A stretch of 64,000 nt of DNA from an uncultured Maribacter sp. (GCA_947493885.1 CANLTE010000013.1:1772-65771), one strand, 5' to 3'. Shown: positions 1 to 10,708, numbered from the stretch's first letter. Program-made: numbers and translations. The notes: a model not told the origin generated them from the sequence alone.

Positions 1-351
1 CTTTTACTAGAGCACACTGGTGGAAATTTCCCGCTTTGGTTAATCCCTGACCAAGCAATAGTACTGCCTGTTGGAGAGAAACATGAAAAATATGCTAAAA
101 AAGTTTTAAATTCCTTAGAAAATAACGAAATTCGCGCCCTCATTGACAACAGAAATGAAACTGTTGGAAAGAAAATACGAGAAGCAGAAATGAATAAAAT
201 ACCATTTATGCTGATTGTTGGGGAAAACGAAGAAGAAGCCAATACCATTTCTGTTCGCAGACATGGTGGAGACGATTTAGGTTCTCTGAGCGTTACAGAT
301 TTTACAGACTTGGTCACTAACGAAATAAATAGTACCTTAAAGTCGTTTTAG
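1..351 (+). CDS. thrS: Threonyl-tRNA synthetase, 3' end (partial; not in ORF track)
   Basis: Frame 1 reads LLLEHTGGNFPLWLIPDQAI...DNRNETVGKKIREAEMNKIPFMLIVGE...VRRHG to TAG at 349-351. This is the ThrRS anticodon-binding domain, and it precedes infC. Confidence 0.95.
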   Translation, partial: LLLEHTGGNFPLWLIPDQAIVLPVGEKHEKYAKKVLNSLENNEIRALIDNRNETVGKKIREAEMNKIPFMLIVGENEEEANTISVRRHGGDDLGSLSVTDFTDLVTNEINSTLKSF

Positions 352-387
352 AAAACAAATTTTAAGTTTAATTAAAAAACAAAAGTC

Positions 388-942
388 ATAGCAATACGAA
401 AGAGATTTAGGCCCCAACCTAGAAGAGAAAACAAAAACCCTCATAAAATCAATGAGAATGTTATCGCACCAAATGTAAGATTGGTGGGAGACAACGTTGA
501 AGTAGGTGTTTATCCATTGCGTCAAGCAATGGCAAAATCAGAAGAGTTAGGATTAGATTTGGTTGAAATTTCGCCAAATGCTGACCCTCCGGTTTGTAAG
601 ATTATAGATTACAAGAAGTTCTTATACGAACAAAAGAAGCGCGAAAAGGTTATGAAAGCCAAAGCGTCTAAAGTTGTTGTAAAAGAAATTAGATTTGGTC
701 CTAATACGGACGACCATGATTATGAATTTAAAAAGAAACATGCTGAAAAGTTCCTAAAAGAGGGTGCTAAATTAAAAGCATATGTATTTTTTAAAGGAAG
801 ATCAATTGTTTATAAAGATCAAGGTGAAATATTATTATTGCGTTTAGCTTCGGAATTAGAAGAAATAGGTAAAGTAGAGCAAATGCCTAAACTTGAAGGA
901 AAGCGTATGACAATGTTTATAGCACCTAAAACAAAAAAATAA
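388..942 (+). CDS. infC: Translation initiation factor IF-3 (probable ATA start)
   Basis: IF3 motifs [13 protein letters not shown] and [10 protein letters not shown]. The frame stays open upstream of the tracked start (481) to ATA at 388, giving (M)[22 protein letters not shown]. Confidence 0.95.
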   Translation: MAIRKRFRPQPRRENKNPHKINENVIAPNVRLVGDNVEVGVYPLRQAMAKSEELGLDLVEISPNADPPVCKIIDYKKFLYEQKKREKVMKAKASKVVVKEIRFGPNTDDHDYEFKKKHAEKFLKEGAKLKAYVFFKGRSIVYKDQGEILLLRLASELEEIGKVEQMPKLEGKRMTMFIAPKTKK

Positions 943-1058
943 AGTTCATTCAGAAGTCTATTTAGATTTCTTTTGAATATAAAAAACACTGAACATCTGC
1001 CTACAAAATGTGGGCAGTTTCAGCATAGTATAGTGAGATAAATTAATAAATAGGAAAA

Positions 1059-1256
1059 ATGCCTAAACAAAAAACAAAATCTAGTGCTAAAAAGCGTTTT
1101 AAGCTTACCGGTACTGGTAAAATCAAAAGAAAGCACGCTTTTAAGAGCCACATTCTAACGAAGAAATCTAAAAAGCGTAAGCTAGCGTTAACACACTCTG
1201 CATTGGTACACGATTCAGACGTTAACAGTATTAAAGAACAATTACGTTTAAAGTAA
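1059..1256 (+). CDS. rpmI: 50S ribosomal protein L35
   Basis: [36 protein letters not shown]; infC-rpmI-rplT synteny. Confidence 0.98.
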   Translation: MPKQKTKSSAKKRFKLTGTGKIKRKHAFKSHILTKKSKKRKLALTHSALVHDSDVNSIKEQLRLK

Positions 1257-1348
1257 ATTGTTTTTTTCGGTAATTAAATATTAACCCTGGAGTTAGGCTT
1301 TTAAAGTGTCAAAAAAAATGACCGCCTACTACAAAAAAAAGTAAAATT

Positions 1349-1693
1349 ATGCCAAGATCAGTAAATGCAGTAGCTTCAAGAGCCAGAAGAAAAAAGGTAA
1401 TGAAGCAAGCCAAAGGTTACTTTGGAAGACGTAAAAACGTTTGGACAGTAGCCAAAAATGCGGTTGAAAAAGCAATGTTATATGCTTATAGAGACCGTAG
1501 AAATAAAAAGAGAACTTTTCGTGCTCTTTGGATTACTCGTATTAATGCGGGAGCCAGATTACACGGAATGTCTTACTCACAGTTTATGGGTAAAGTAAAA
1601 GCTAACAACATAGAACTTAACAGAAAAGTTCTTGCTGATTTAGCCATGAACCACCCTGAGGCTTTTTCAGCTATCGTAAATAAAGTAAAGTAA
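1349..1693 (+). CDS. rplT: 50S ribosomal protein L20
   Basis: [16 protein letters not shown]...[14 protein letters not shown]...[10 protein letters not shown]. Confidence 0.98.
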   Translation: MPRSVNAVASRARRKKVMKQAKGYFGRRKNVWTVAKNAVEKAMLYAYRDRRNKKRTFRALWITRINAGARLHGMSYSQFMGKVKANNIELNRKVLADLAMNHPEAFSAIVNKVK

Positions 1694-1714
1694 AACTAAC
1701 AATATATCTCACTT

Positions 1715-1749
1715 AAAAAATCCCGATTCTTTCGAATCGGGATTTTTTT
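1715..1749. terminator. Bidirectional intrinsic terminator (rplT / glpF)
   Basis: AAAAAATCCCGATTC-TTTC-GAATCGGGATTTTTTT between convergent genes. Confidence 0.9.
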
Positions 1750-1770
1750 ATATCTAATATTTACTTTTAA

Positions 1771-2505
1771 CTACCCAAGTAAAAACATGTACAACCCAGC
1801 AGCAATTATCGCTCCTAAAATTGGACCAACAACCGGAATCCAACCGTAACTCCAATCGCTACTTCCTTTTACAGGAAGAATTGCATGCATTATTCGAGGA
1901 CCCAAATCTCGAGCTGGATTAATAGCATAGCCCGTAGTGCCTCCTAAAGCTAAACCTATTACCCATACTAAAAAAGCTACTGGCAAAGCTCCTATAGAAC
2001 CTAAGCCAATTTTGGCGTTTGTGTCATTAGCTATTTCAATTTCAGAGCCAGTGAGATAAAAAATAACAAACACCAAAACAAAAGTTCCTATAAGCTCGCT
2101 AATAACATTAGAAAAAGGATTTCTTATTGCTGGCCCAGTACTAAAACATGCTAATTTACCAGCTTCATCCTGGGTTTGCGCAAAATGATCTTTATAAAAC
2201 AACCATACTAAAAAAGCGCCCAACATTGCCCCTATCATTTCTCCCGCTAAATATTCTGGAACTGCCGCCCATGCTATTTTTCCTGCTACAGCTAAACCAA
2301 CGGTAACTGCAGGATTCAAATGAGCTCCACTATATGGAGCTGCCACTACCACACCAACAAATACAGCCAACGCCCAACCAGTTGTTATAACAATCCAACC
2401 AGAGTTATTACCCTTAGTACCATTTAAAACCACATTTGCCACTACCCCATTCCCTAATAAAATGAGTAACATTGTTCCGAGTATTTCTGCTGCTAATAAA
2501 GACAT
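1771..2505 (-). CDS. glpF: Glycerol uptake facilitator (MIP family)
   Basis: Two NPA motifs (SGAHLNPAVT, GYAINPARDLGPR); adjacent to glpK. Confidence 0.93.
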   Translation of the reverse strand: MSLLAAEILGTMLLILLGNGVVANVVLNGTKGNNSGWIVITTGWALAVFVGVVVAAPYSGAHLNPAVTVGLAVAGKIAWAAVPEYLAGEMIGAMLGAFLVWLFYKDHFAQTQDEAGKLACFSTGPAIRNPFSNVISELIGTFVLVFVIFYLTGSEIEIANDTNAKIGLGSIGALPVAFLVWVIGLALGGTTGYAINPARDLGPRIMHAILPVKGSSDWSYGWIPVVGPILGAIIAAGLYMFLLG

Positions 2506-2524
2506 ATTGTGCTTTTTTTTTAGA

Positions 2525-4021
2525 TTATTCTTCTATCCAACTTTGTGAACATTTAACTGCTTTATGCCAATAATGGAGCATTTTGTCCACTTTTTCCTTC
2601 TCTAATTTAGGGTAAAATTTCTTACCTACAATCCATTGCGACTGAATTTCATCAATACTATCCCAATATCCTACAGCTAAACCAGCCAAATAAGCAGCTC
2701 CCAAAGCAGTTGTTTCAATGGTTTTTGGACGAACAGTTTCAAATCCAAATAAGTCTGATTGAATCTGCATAAGCAAATCGCTGGCAGCCGCACCACCATC
2801 GACTCTCAACTCCAAACTTTTAGATTTAGCGTCGGCTTCCATAGACTTTACAACATCATACACTTGAAAAGCAATTCCTTCTAAAGTAGCACGGGCAATA
2901 TGACCATCAGTTGTTCCTCTAGTAATACCCATAACTGCCCCTCTGGCGTATTGATCCCAATACGGAGCTCCCAAACCAGTTAATGCAGGAACAAAGTAAA
3001 CACCTCCATTATCTTCAACGGTTTCGGCTAAATGATTTATTCCAGGCGCAGTCTTAATTACCTTAGCCCCATCTCTTAACCACTGAATAGCAGCTCCACC
3101 AACAAATACACTTCCTTCTAACGCATAGGTAGTTTTTCCATTAATTTTCCATGCCACTGTGGTGAGCAAATTATTTTCAGAATATACCGCTTCCTCTCCT
3201 GTATTCATAAGTAAAAAACACCCTGTACCGTATGTGTTTTTCACCATACCTGGTTTTGTACACATTTGTCCGAAAAGTGCTGCCTGTTGATCACCAGCAA
3301 TGCCAGAAATTGGAATTTTAGAGGAAAATAATGTAGTAGCGGTTTCTCCATAAACCTCGCTACTCTCTTTTACTTCTGGCAGTATTGATTTTGGAATATT
3401 GAACAATGACAATAATTCATCATCCCACGACATTGTATGAATGTTAAACAGCATTGTTCTACATGCGTTTGTAACATCAGTTATAAACATGTTTCCTCTT
3501 GTAAGTTTCCAAACCAACCAAGAATCAACCGTACCAAAACACAATTCACCAGCTTCTGCCTTTTCTCTTGCCCCTTCTACATTATCTAATATCCATTTTA
3601 CCTTGGTTCCCGAAAAATAAGCGTCCAAAACAAGTCCTGTTTTTTTCTTGATAAGGTCCACATGACCTTTTTCCTTTAATTCATCGCAATATTTGGAGGT
3701 TCTACGGTCTTGCCAAACAATAGCATTACAAATAGGTTCGCTCGTTTTTCTATCCCAAACTACGACGGTTTCTCGTTGATTAGTAATTCCAATTGCAGCG
3801 ATATCCGCACCAGTAATTCCTGATTTAGCTACAACTTCTGCGGCAACTGATATTTGTGAAGACCATATTTCATTTGCATTATGTTCTACCAATCCAGGTT
3901 CAGGAAAAATTTGCTCAAACGGTTTTTGAGAAATTTCTACAATTTCTCCATTATGATTGAATAAAATTGCTCTTGATGAAGTTGTTCCTTGATCTAAAGC
4001 TAAAATTAATTTTTCTTTCAT
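2525..4021 (-). CDS. glpK: Glycerol kinase
   Basis: [43 protein letters not shown] motifs. Confidence 0.97.
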   Translation of the reverse strand: MKEKLILALDQGTTSSRAILFNHNGEIVEISQKPFEQIFPEPGLVEHNANEIWSSQISVAAEVVAKSGITGADIAAIGITNQRETVVVWDRKTSEPICNAIVWQDRRTSKYCDELKEKGHVDLIKKKTGLVLDAYFSGTKVKWILDNVEGAREKAEAGELCFGTVDSWLVWKLTRGNMFITDVTNACRTMLFNIHTMSWDDELLSLFNIPKSILPEVKESSEVYGETATTLFSSKIPISGIAGDQQAALFGQMCTKPGMVKNTYGTGCFLLMNTGEEAVYSENNLLTTVAWKINGKTTYALEGSVFVGGAAIQWLRDGAKVIKTAPGINHLAETVEDNGGVYFVPALTGLGAPYWDQYARGAVMGITRGTTDGHIARATLEGIAFQVYDVVKSMEADAKSKSLELRVDGGAAASDLLMQIQSDLFGFETVRPKTIETTALGAAYLAGLAVGYWDSIDEIQSQWIVGKKFYPKLEKEKVDKMLHYWHKAVKCSQSWIEE

Positions 4022-5640
4022 TTTGCAGTTATTAAATTGGTTACACTATTTTCTTTATCCGATGAAGCATAATCCACCAACAAATATCCTTTTGCCAGTT
4101 GAATAAATTCTGCCTCTTGTTTTTCTATCCAGTTTTCTTCCCTATCTAGTTCTTTAGCCATAATAGTAGCCACTTTACCAGCAATATCAATTGCAGCCCT
4201 AGCGTCTAAAAACAATAATCGTACTCTTCTTGCCAAAACATCTTCTACAGTCTGCGCCATTTCATTTTGTACTGCCCAAATAACCTCTGCTACTGTATAT
4301 GGGTATTCTGGATGCAGTTTTTCACTATATTCTGAATTTTTATTTTGTAACTCCTTTATACCGGGAATATCCGCTCCATATACATAAAGATAATTGGATC
4401 TATCCACTTCATTTACAGGAATATTACCATGAATTGAAAAATTCTCCGTTACACATTGTTTTTTAGGTAGTTTTTTAGCCTTTACAGCTGTATCAACCAC
4501 ATCTTCCGCCATTTGCCTGTAAGTTGTCCATTTACCTCCAGTTATTGTTACCAATCCCGTATCTGACACTATTACTTTATGACTTCGTGAAACTTCTTTT
4601 GTTTTGGTTCCTTTTCCTTCTGGAGCAGCAAGAGGTCGTAATCCCGCAAACATTGAGAGAACATCTTCTCGTTTTGGTTTTTTTGCCAAAAACCTTCCAG
4701 CAGTTTCTAAAACAAAATCTACTTCACTACTTAACGCTTTTGGTTCAAAACTAGGGTTATCTATTAAAGTATCCGTCGTACCTACAACCACCTTATCATG
4801 CCACGGAACTGCAAAAAGTACTCTACCGTCACTAGTTTTAGGAATCATTAGCGCATCATCACTGGGTAAAAAAGATTTATCCAAAACCAAATGTATTCCC
4901 TGACTAGGAACAACAAATTTTCCATGCTTAGGATTATCCATATTTAGTATTTTGTTTGTAAAAACGCCTGTGGCATTAATTACCACTTTACTTTTGACGG
5001 TATAATTTTCATCAGTAAGTACACTTAAAACACGCACTCCATCTACCTCTCCTGTTTCATTTTTAGTTAAACCTATTACTTTATTATAATTAAGCACACT
5101 ACCTCCCTGTTCTTCAATACTTTGAGCAAGATTAATTGCAAGTCTAGAATCATCAAACTGGCCGTCATTATATACAACTCCACTAACCAATTTGTCATCA
5201 TTTATAGTTGGTATTCTAGAAATTGTTTTTTTCTTATTAATATACTTAGTCTTACCTAAACTTAACTTACCCGCGAGCATATCATAAATGGAGAGTCCAA
5301 ACTTATAATATGGACCTCCCCACCAATTATAATTAGGGATGATAAATTTTTGATTTTTCACTAAATGAGCTGCATTTTTCGCCATTAAACCCCTTTCTTT
5401 TAAAGCCTCTCTAACCAACGAAACATTTCCTTGAGCCAAATATCTAACTCCACCATGAACCAACTTAGTACTTCTACTTGAAGTACCTTTGGCAAAATCA
5501 TGAGATTCTAACAATAATGTTTTGTATCCTCTAGTAGTAGCATCCAATGCAGACCCTAAACCACTGGCTCCTCCACCAATAATAACAAAGTCCCATTCTG
5601 GAACTTCTTTTACCTTTTCTATTTTCTCAACCAGTTTCAT
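4018..5640 (-). CDS. glpD: FAD-dependent glycerol-3-phosphate dehydrogenase
   Basis: [44 protein letters not shown] motifs. Confidence 0.95.
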   Translation of the reverse strand: MKLVEKIEKVKEVPEWDFVIIGGGASGLGSALDATTRGYKTLLLESHDFAKGTSSRSTKLVHGGVRYLAQGNVSLVREALKERGLMAKNAAHLVKNQKFIIPNYNWWGGPYYKFGLSIYDMLAGKLSLGKTKYINKKKTISRIPTINDDKLVSGVVYNDGQFDDSRLAINLAQSIEEQGGSVLNYNKVIGLTKNETGEVDGVRVLSVLTDENYTVKSKVVINATGVFTNKILNMDNPKHGKFVVPSQGIHLVLDKSFLPSDDALMIPKTSDGRVLFAVPWHDKVVVGTTDTLIDNPSFEPKALSSEVDFVLETAGRFLAKKPKREDVLSMFAGLRPLAAPEGKGTKTKEVSRSHKVIVSDTGLVTITGGKWTTYRQMAEDVVDTAVKAKKLPKKQCVTENFSIHGNIPVNEVDRSNYLYVYGADIPGIKELQNKNSEYSEKLHPEYPYTVAEVIWAVQNEMAQTVEDVLARRVRLLFLDARAAIDIAGKVATIMAKELDREENWIEKQEAEFIQLAKGYLLVDYASSDKENSVTNLITAK

Positions 5641-5676
5641 TTATTTTCTTTTTAAATTTCTTTATCTTTCTTTTTT

Positions 5677-5700
5677 CAAAAATAACGAAAGAAAACGAAA
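5677..5700 (-). promoter_or_regulatory. glpDKF -7 promoter element overlapped by a tandem repeat (candidate GlpR operator)
   Basis: Minus-strand TATTTTTG (TAnnTTTG) at 5677-5684. AACGAAA occurs at 5684-5690 and 5694-5700, a 10-bp period. Confidence 0.55.
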
Positions 5701-5774
5701 CTTCATAATTTTCACAACCTATCTTTTTTTGTACCTTGCGTAATAATTCATAAACATATTACCTATCTTAATCT

Positions 5775-6539
5775 ATGGCAAAGCTAAACGAACGGCATAC
5801 TCAAATTTTAGATCTAATAAAACCTAGCGGTTTTGTATCTGTGCAGGAGCTAAGTCAAAAACTAAATGTCTCGCTGGTTACCATTCGAAAGGACTTAAGC
5901 TATCTAGAAAAAGAAGGTTTTTTATACCGAACGCATGGTGGCGCGAGTAAAAATTCTACTTATGCTTACGAAAAAAACGTAATCGAAAAAGAGGGTATTA
6001 ATACCGAACAGAAACAAAAAATTTCGAAAGAAGGAATTAAACTTATTCAAAATAACGATTTTATTATCCTTTCTTCTGGAACCACCATTCATTATTTAGC
6101 AAGAATTTTAGAAGATTTTGAAAAGCTTACGGTTTTAACATCTTCATTAAGTGTTAGCATTGAGTTGTGTCAAAAGCCTAATATTGATGTTATTCAGCTT
6201 GGCGGTGAAATCAGAAAAAATTCTACTTCCGTTATCGGAGCCATATCTGAATCCGTTTTAGAACAATTCTCGTGCAACAAGCTTTTTTTAGGTGTAGATG
6301 GAATTGATGTTAACTTTGGCATAAGTACTTCCAACGCAGCAGAGGCGCACCTGAATCAAAAAATGATGGAAAGTGCTGATAAAATAATAGTTCTAGCCGA
6401 TTCCACTAAAATTGGAAAAAGAGGATTTGGAAGAATTTCTTCATTATCCAAAATAGATGTCCTTATTACAGATGACAAAATCACCGATGATTCATTAAAT
6501 AAATTTGAAGAAATTGGTATCGAAGTAATAATTGCCTAA
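5775..6539 (+). CDS. glpR: DeoR/GlpR-family transcriptional regulator
   Basis: N-terminal HTH (VSLVTIRKDLSYLE...RTHGGA) plus DeoR C-domain; divergent from the glp genes. Confidence 0.85.
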   Translation: MAKLNERHTQILDLIKPSGFVSVQELSQKLNVSLVTIRKDLSYLEKEGFLYRTHGGASKNSTYAYEKNVIEKEGINTEQKQKISKEGIKLIQNNDFIILSSGTTIHYLARILEDFEKLTVLTSSLSVSIELCQKPNIDVIQLGGEIRKNSTSVIGAISESVLEQFSCNKLFLGVDGIDVNFGISTSNAAEAHLNQKMMESADKIIVLADSTKIGKRGFGRISSLSKIDVLITDDKITDDSLNKFEEIGIEVIIA

Positions 6540-6623
6540 ATAGCCTCATAACATAAACTTTATCATTTCTGTATCCGTTATTTACCAATAACTAATACCT
6601 TTAACGTTTTTACTTCAAACAAT

Positions 6624-7421
6624 ATGGATTTATCTCAAGTAAAAATGGTGGTTACCGATATGGACGGTACGCTATTAAATAACAAGCATCAGGTCAGCAA
6701 TCGTTTTTTTGAGCAATTTAAACAGCTTAAAGAAAAAGGAATTTTATTTGTTGCTGCCAGTGGAAGACAGTACAGTAGTATTATTGATAAACTCCATAGC
6801 ATTAAAGAGGAAATTATTGTTGTTGCAGAAAATGGTGGTTTTGTAATGAAAGATGACAATGAAGTGTTTTCTACCCCTTTGAACCAGCAAGCTAAAAACG
6901 AAATTTTAGATACCATTGCTGATTTAGAAAATGTGAACCCTGTTTTATGTAGTAAAAACAAAGCATATTTATTAAACGATTCTTCTGGTTTTGTACATCG
7001 CTTGAAGGAATTTTATAATAAATATGAGATTTTGGAGGACTTAAAAAACCACTCCGGAGAAATTTTAAAAATTGCAATATACCACCCTGAAGACTCTGAA
7101 AAATATATTTACCCATTAGTTAAACACTTCAACAAAAACTTAAAAGTAAAAGTATCTGGACAAAATTGGGTTGATCTCTCTGAAAACGATGCGAACAAAG
7201 GCTATGCTATAGAAAAACTGCAACAACAATACAATATTACTCCAGAAGAAACTATGGTTTTTGGGGATTATAACAATGATTTGGAAATGATGGGAAAAGC
7301 TAAATATAGTTTTGCCATGGCCAATGCGCACCCAAATGTTATAAAAGCTGCTAACTATAAAACAAAAAGTAATGAAGAGTATGGTGTTGAAGAGGTTTTA
7401 GAACAATTAATACTATCATAA
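6624..7421 (+). CDS. Cof-type HAD-IIB sugar-phosphate phosphatase
   Basis: DMDGTLL, ASGR, KGYAI, FGDYNNDLEM, AMANA motifs. Confidence 0.92.
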   Translation: MDLSQVKMVVTDMDGTLLNNKHQVSNRFFEQFKQLKEKGILFVAASGRQYSSIIDKLHSIKEEIIVVAENGGFVMKDDNEVFSTPLNQQAKNEILDTIADLENVNPVLCSKNKAYLLNDSSGFVHRLKEFYNKYEILEDLKNHSGEILKIAIYHPEDSEKYIYPLVKHFNKNLKVKVSGQNWVDLSENDANKGYAIEKLQQQYNITPEETMVFGDYNNDLEMMGKAKYSFAMANAHPNVIKAANYKTKSNEEYGVEEVLEQLILS

Positions 7422-7841
7422 TTACACCCCATAGGCGGTGATAACAATTTTTCTAGAGCCTCCATTATTTCTATGTTCACATAAATAAATACCCTGCCAT
7501 ATTCCTATATTTAAACTTCCGTTTGTAATCGGAACTTGAACAGAAGCTCCCATTAATGAAGACTTAATATGCGCGGGCATATCATCAGCTCCTTCATATG
7601 TATGTGTGTAATATGATGCATTTTCAGGAACTATTTTATTGATATGACTTTCAAAATCAACTCTAACACTTGAATCTGCATTTTCGTTTATCGTTAAGCT
7701 TGCAGAGGTATGTTTTATAAAAACTTGTAAAAAACCTGTTGTAATATTTTTTAACTCCAAAAAATTACTCAAAATTTCACTGGTAATTAAATGAAATCCT
7801 CTTGACCTAGGTTTTAATGCTATCTCTTTCTGATACCACAT
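7422..7841 (-). CDS. YjbQ / UPF0047 family protein
   Basis: HTSASLTINEN, HTYEGADDMPAHIKSSL, GIWQGIYLCEHR. The start is probably the ATG at 7841 (MWYQKEI) rather than 7895. Confidence 0.9.
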   Translation of the reverse strand: MWYQKEIALKPRSRGFHLITSEILSNFLELKNITTGFLQVFIKHTSASLTINENADSSVRVDFESHINKIVPENASYYTHTYEGADDMPAHIKSSLMGASVQVPITNGSLNIGIWQGIYLCEHRNNGGSRKIVITAYGV

Positions 7842-7851
7842 GCTTATAAAA

Positions 7852-9150
7852 CTATGTTTTTTGTTTCTTTTTTTGCGCTGCAGGAAACAAAACATTATTT
7901 AAAATTAATCGATATCCTGGTGAAGTTGGATGCAATTCTAATTCCGTTTTTGGATCACCTACTCTATGTTGATAATCCTCAGGATCATGCCCCCCATAAA
8001 ATGTAAAAAAGCCTTTACCTTTTATGCCATGAATATACCTTGCCTCTCCATTAATTTTATTCTCACCTAAAATTAACACTGTAGGCTTAATATTATCACT
8101 ATTAAATGCTGTAGTTTGCCCCATAAACCCTTTAACCAAAGAGGTATGATTTTGACATAACATTGTTGGAACTGGATCCCATTTCGCAGAAAAATCCATC
8201 AAAGAAAAATAATCGGATTCTTTTGCGACTCTTCCTCTTTTTTTCGTCATATCTATAGACGAAAACTCATATTCAAGCGGATTTCTTTCCAAAGTAAAAT
8301 TGGTAAATGCGAAAGTTTTATTAAAATTTAATTTGTTTTGATAATTAGATTCTGAGGGGTCACCATCAAACATGGGCTCACAAATATCAACCCCATCTGC
8401 GGATAAAGCAATATCAAAACTATCAGTAGCAGAACACATAGCAAACATAAATCCGCCACCTATTACATAATTTCTAATTTTCAAGGCAACGGCACCTTTC
8501 TCTTCCGAAACTTTAGCAAACCCCAGCTCGTTTGCCAAATTTTCCGCTTTTTGTTTTCCCTCAATATACCATGGAGCAGCTCTATACGCTCCATAAAACT
8601 TACCATACTGCCCAGTAAAATCCTCATGATGTAAATGTAGCCAATCATAAAGGGCTAACTTATCATTGATAACTTCTTCATCGTATACCGTTACATAAGG
8701 AATTTCGGCGTACGTTAACACCATGGTAACAGCATCATCCCAAGGCTGATTGCCTTTTGGAGTGTATACGGCAATTTTAGGTGCTTTTTCTAAAATCACC
8801 GCTTCTTGATTCTGAGAAGGGCTACTTATATTATCCAAAATTGAGGCCGTTTCTTCATTAGATATCACTTCAAAAGACACTCCCCGAATTTGACATTCTT
8901 TACGGATGCGTTCTCCATCTGGTAATAAAAAAGATCCCCCTCTATAATTTAACAACCATTGTACTTTTTGCTGATGAGATAACACCCAATATGTAATTCC
9001 GTATGCTTTTAAATGATTTTTTTGACTTTCCGCATCCATTGGTATTAATATTGAGGAAGCAAAAATTTGAGTACTACCGAAAAGAAAAAGAAACATTAAA
9101 ATGTTTCTTAAAGTAAACTCTCTAAAATATAATTTTAGTTTCAAAGACAA
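7852..9150 (-). CDS. Conserved Bacteroidota exported protein of unknown function (glutamine amidotransferase-like fold suspected)
   Basis: Long ORF with a hydrophobic N-terminus, YDWLHLHHEDFTGQYGKF and GGFMFAMCSATD. The start is uncertain (ATG at 9096 is possible). Confidence 0.75.
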   Translation of the reverse strand: MSLKLKLYFREFTLRNILMFLFLFGSTQIFASSILIPMDAESQKNHLKAYGITYWVLSHQQKVQWLLNYRGGSFLLPDGERIRKECQIRGVSFEVISNEETASILDNISSPSQNQEAVILEKAPKIAVYTPKGNQPWDDAVTMVLTYAEIPYVTVYDEEVINDKLALYDWLHLHHEDFTGQYGKFYGAYRAAPWYIEGKQKAENLANELGFAKVSEEKGAVALKIRNYVIGGGFMFAMCSATDSFDIALSADGVDICEPMFDGDPSESNYQNKLNFNKTFAFTNFTLERNPLEYEFSSIDMTKKRGRVAKESDYFSLMDFSAKWDPVPTMLCQNHTSLVKGFMGQTTAFNSDNIKPTVLILGENKINGEARYIHGIKGKGFFTFYGGHDPEDYQHRVGDPKTELELHPTSPGYRLILNNVLFPAAQKKKQKT

Positions 9151-9160
9151 ATTTTAAGCT

Positions 9161-10708
9161 TTAAAAAGGAACATCACTATCATCCAAATCAGAATCATTA
9201 TTCATTGAGCTTCCAAAAGCATCATTAGGGTTTGGAAGGTTTTTGGTTATAAAAGGATTATCCTCATTGTCATTCATTTTAGATTGAAACTCGAAAGGAG
9301 AATCAAAGTCATCTAAGTTATCAAATTTACCCTGATTACCGATAAACTTAAGTCTAATGTTTTCTAAACCACCATTCCTATGCTTAGCCACAATAAATTC
9401 ACCCTGACCAGCTGTAGGCGAGCGTTCTTCATCATCCCACTCATCAATTTTATAATATTCTGGACGATATATAAAGGATACAATATCCGCATCTTGCTCA
9501 ATTGCACCGGATTCCCTTAAATCTGAAAGTACTGGTCGTTTACTTCCTCCACGAGTTTCAACTGCACGTGAAAGTTGCGATAATGCTATTACTGGAACAT
9601 TAAGTTCTTTTGCTAGAGCTTTTAAGTTTCGCGAAATTGTAGAAATCTCTTGTTCACGATTACCTCCTTTTTGGGTTCCTCCCGCTGTCATCAACTGTAG
9701 GTAATCAATCATAATCATTCTAATGCCATGTTGCGAAGCTAGCCTTCTTGCTTTTGCACGTAAATCAAAAATAGATAGTGACGGGGTATCATCAATAAAC
9801 AATGGTGCTTTTTCTAGGGCTTTTACTTTAACATTTAGTTGTTCCCACTCATGTTTTTCTAGCTTTCCCGTTCTTAATTTCTCTGAAGAAAGTCCTGTTT
9901 CAGAAGAAATAAGTCTAGTTATCAACTGCACAGAAGACATTTCTAATGAAAAGAATGCTACTGGAATTCCAGAATTAACCGCCATATTTCTGGCCATCGA
10001 TAAGGTTAAAGCTGTTTTACCCATACCAGGACGTGCAGCAACAATAATTAAATCACTAGGTTGCCAACCCGAAGTTAGTTTATCTAATTTATCAAAGCCA
10101 GATGGAATACCACTTAAACCCTCTTTATTTGAGATTTCTTCGATTTTCTTTTTAGCCATGATAACCAAATTCTGCGCAGTTTCGGCAGAACGTTTAAGGT
10201 TTCCTTGAGTTACATCGTACAACTTAGATTCCGCTGTATCTAAAAGGTCAAAAACATCGGTACCTTCATCATAGGCTTCCTCAATAATTTCACTAGAAAT
10301 CTTAATTAAACTACGTTGAATATACTTTTGAAGAATAATTCTTGCATGAAACTCAATATGTGCCGATGAAGCTACTTTTTGAGTAAGTTTTATGATATAA
10401 AAATCACCTCCAACTGCTTCAAGACGACCATCCCTTTTTAATTGGGCAGAAACCGTTAATAAATCGATTGGTTCTGATGCTTCAAACAATTTAAAAATAG
10501 CTTCGTAAAGATATTTATGCGCCTCTTTATAAAAAACATCTGGATGAAGAATATCAATAACCTCATCAACCCCTTTTTTATCAATCATCATCGCCCCTAG
10601 GACAACCTCCTCTAAATCAACAGCTTGAGGTGGTATTTTTCCTTTTTCAAGGTTAATAATTGTAGATTTATCAATCTTTCGACCGACAATCGGGTTTGTG
10701 TTCTCCAT
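9161..10708 (-). CDS. dnaB: Replicative DNA helicase DnaB
   Basis: PPQAVDLEEVVLG, Walker A AARPGMGKT, IDYLQLM, SQLSRAVE, SDLRESGAIEQDAD. Start taken as ATG 10708. Confidence 0.97.
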   Translation of the reverse strand: MENTNPIVGRKIDKSTIINLEKGKIPPQAVDLEEVVLGAMMIDKKGVDEVIDILHPDVFYKEAHKYLYEAIFKLFEASEPIDLLTVSAQLKRDGRLEAVGGDFYIIKLTQKVASSAHIEFHARIILQKYIQRSLIKISSEIIEEAYDEGTDVFDLLDTAESKLYDVTQGNLKRSAETAQNLVIMAKKKIEEISNKEGLSGIPSGFDKLDKLTSGWQPSDLIIVAARPGMGKTALTLSMARNMAVNSGIPVAFFSLEMSSVQLITRLISSETGLSSEKLRTGKLEKHEWEQLNVKVKALEKAPLFIDDTPSLSIFDLRAKARRLASQHGIRMIMIDYLQLMTAGGTQKGGNREQEISTISRNLKALAKELNVPVIALSQLSRAVETRGGSKRPVLSDLRESGAIEQDADIVSFIYRPEYYKIDEWDDEERSPTAGQGEFIVAKHRNGGLENIRLKFIGNQGKFDNLDDFDSPFEFQSKMNDNEDNPFITKNLPNPNDAFGSSMNNDSDLDDSDVPF

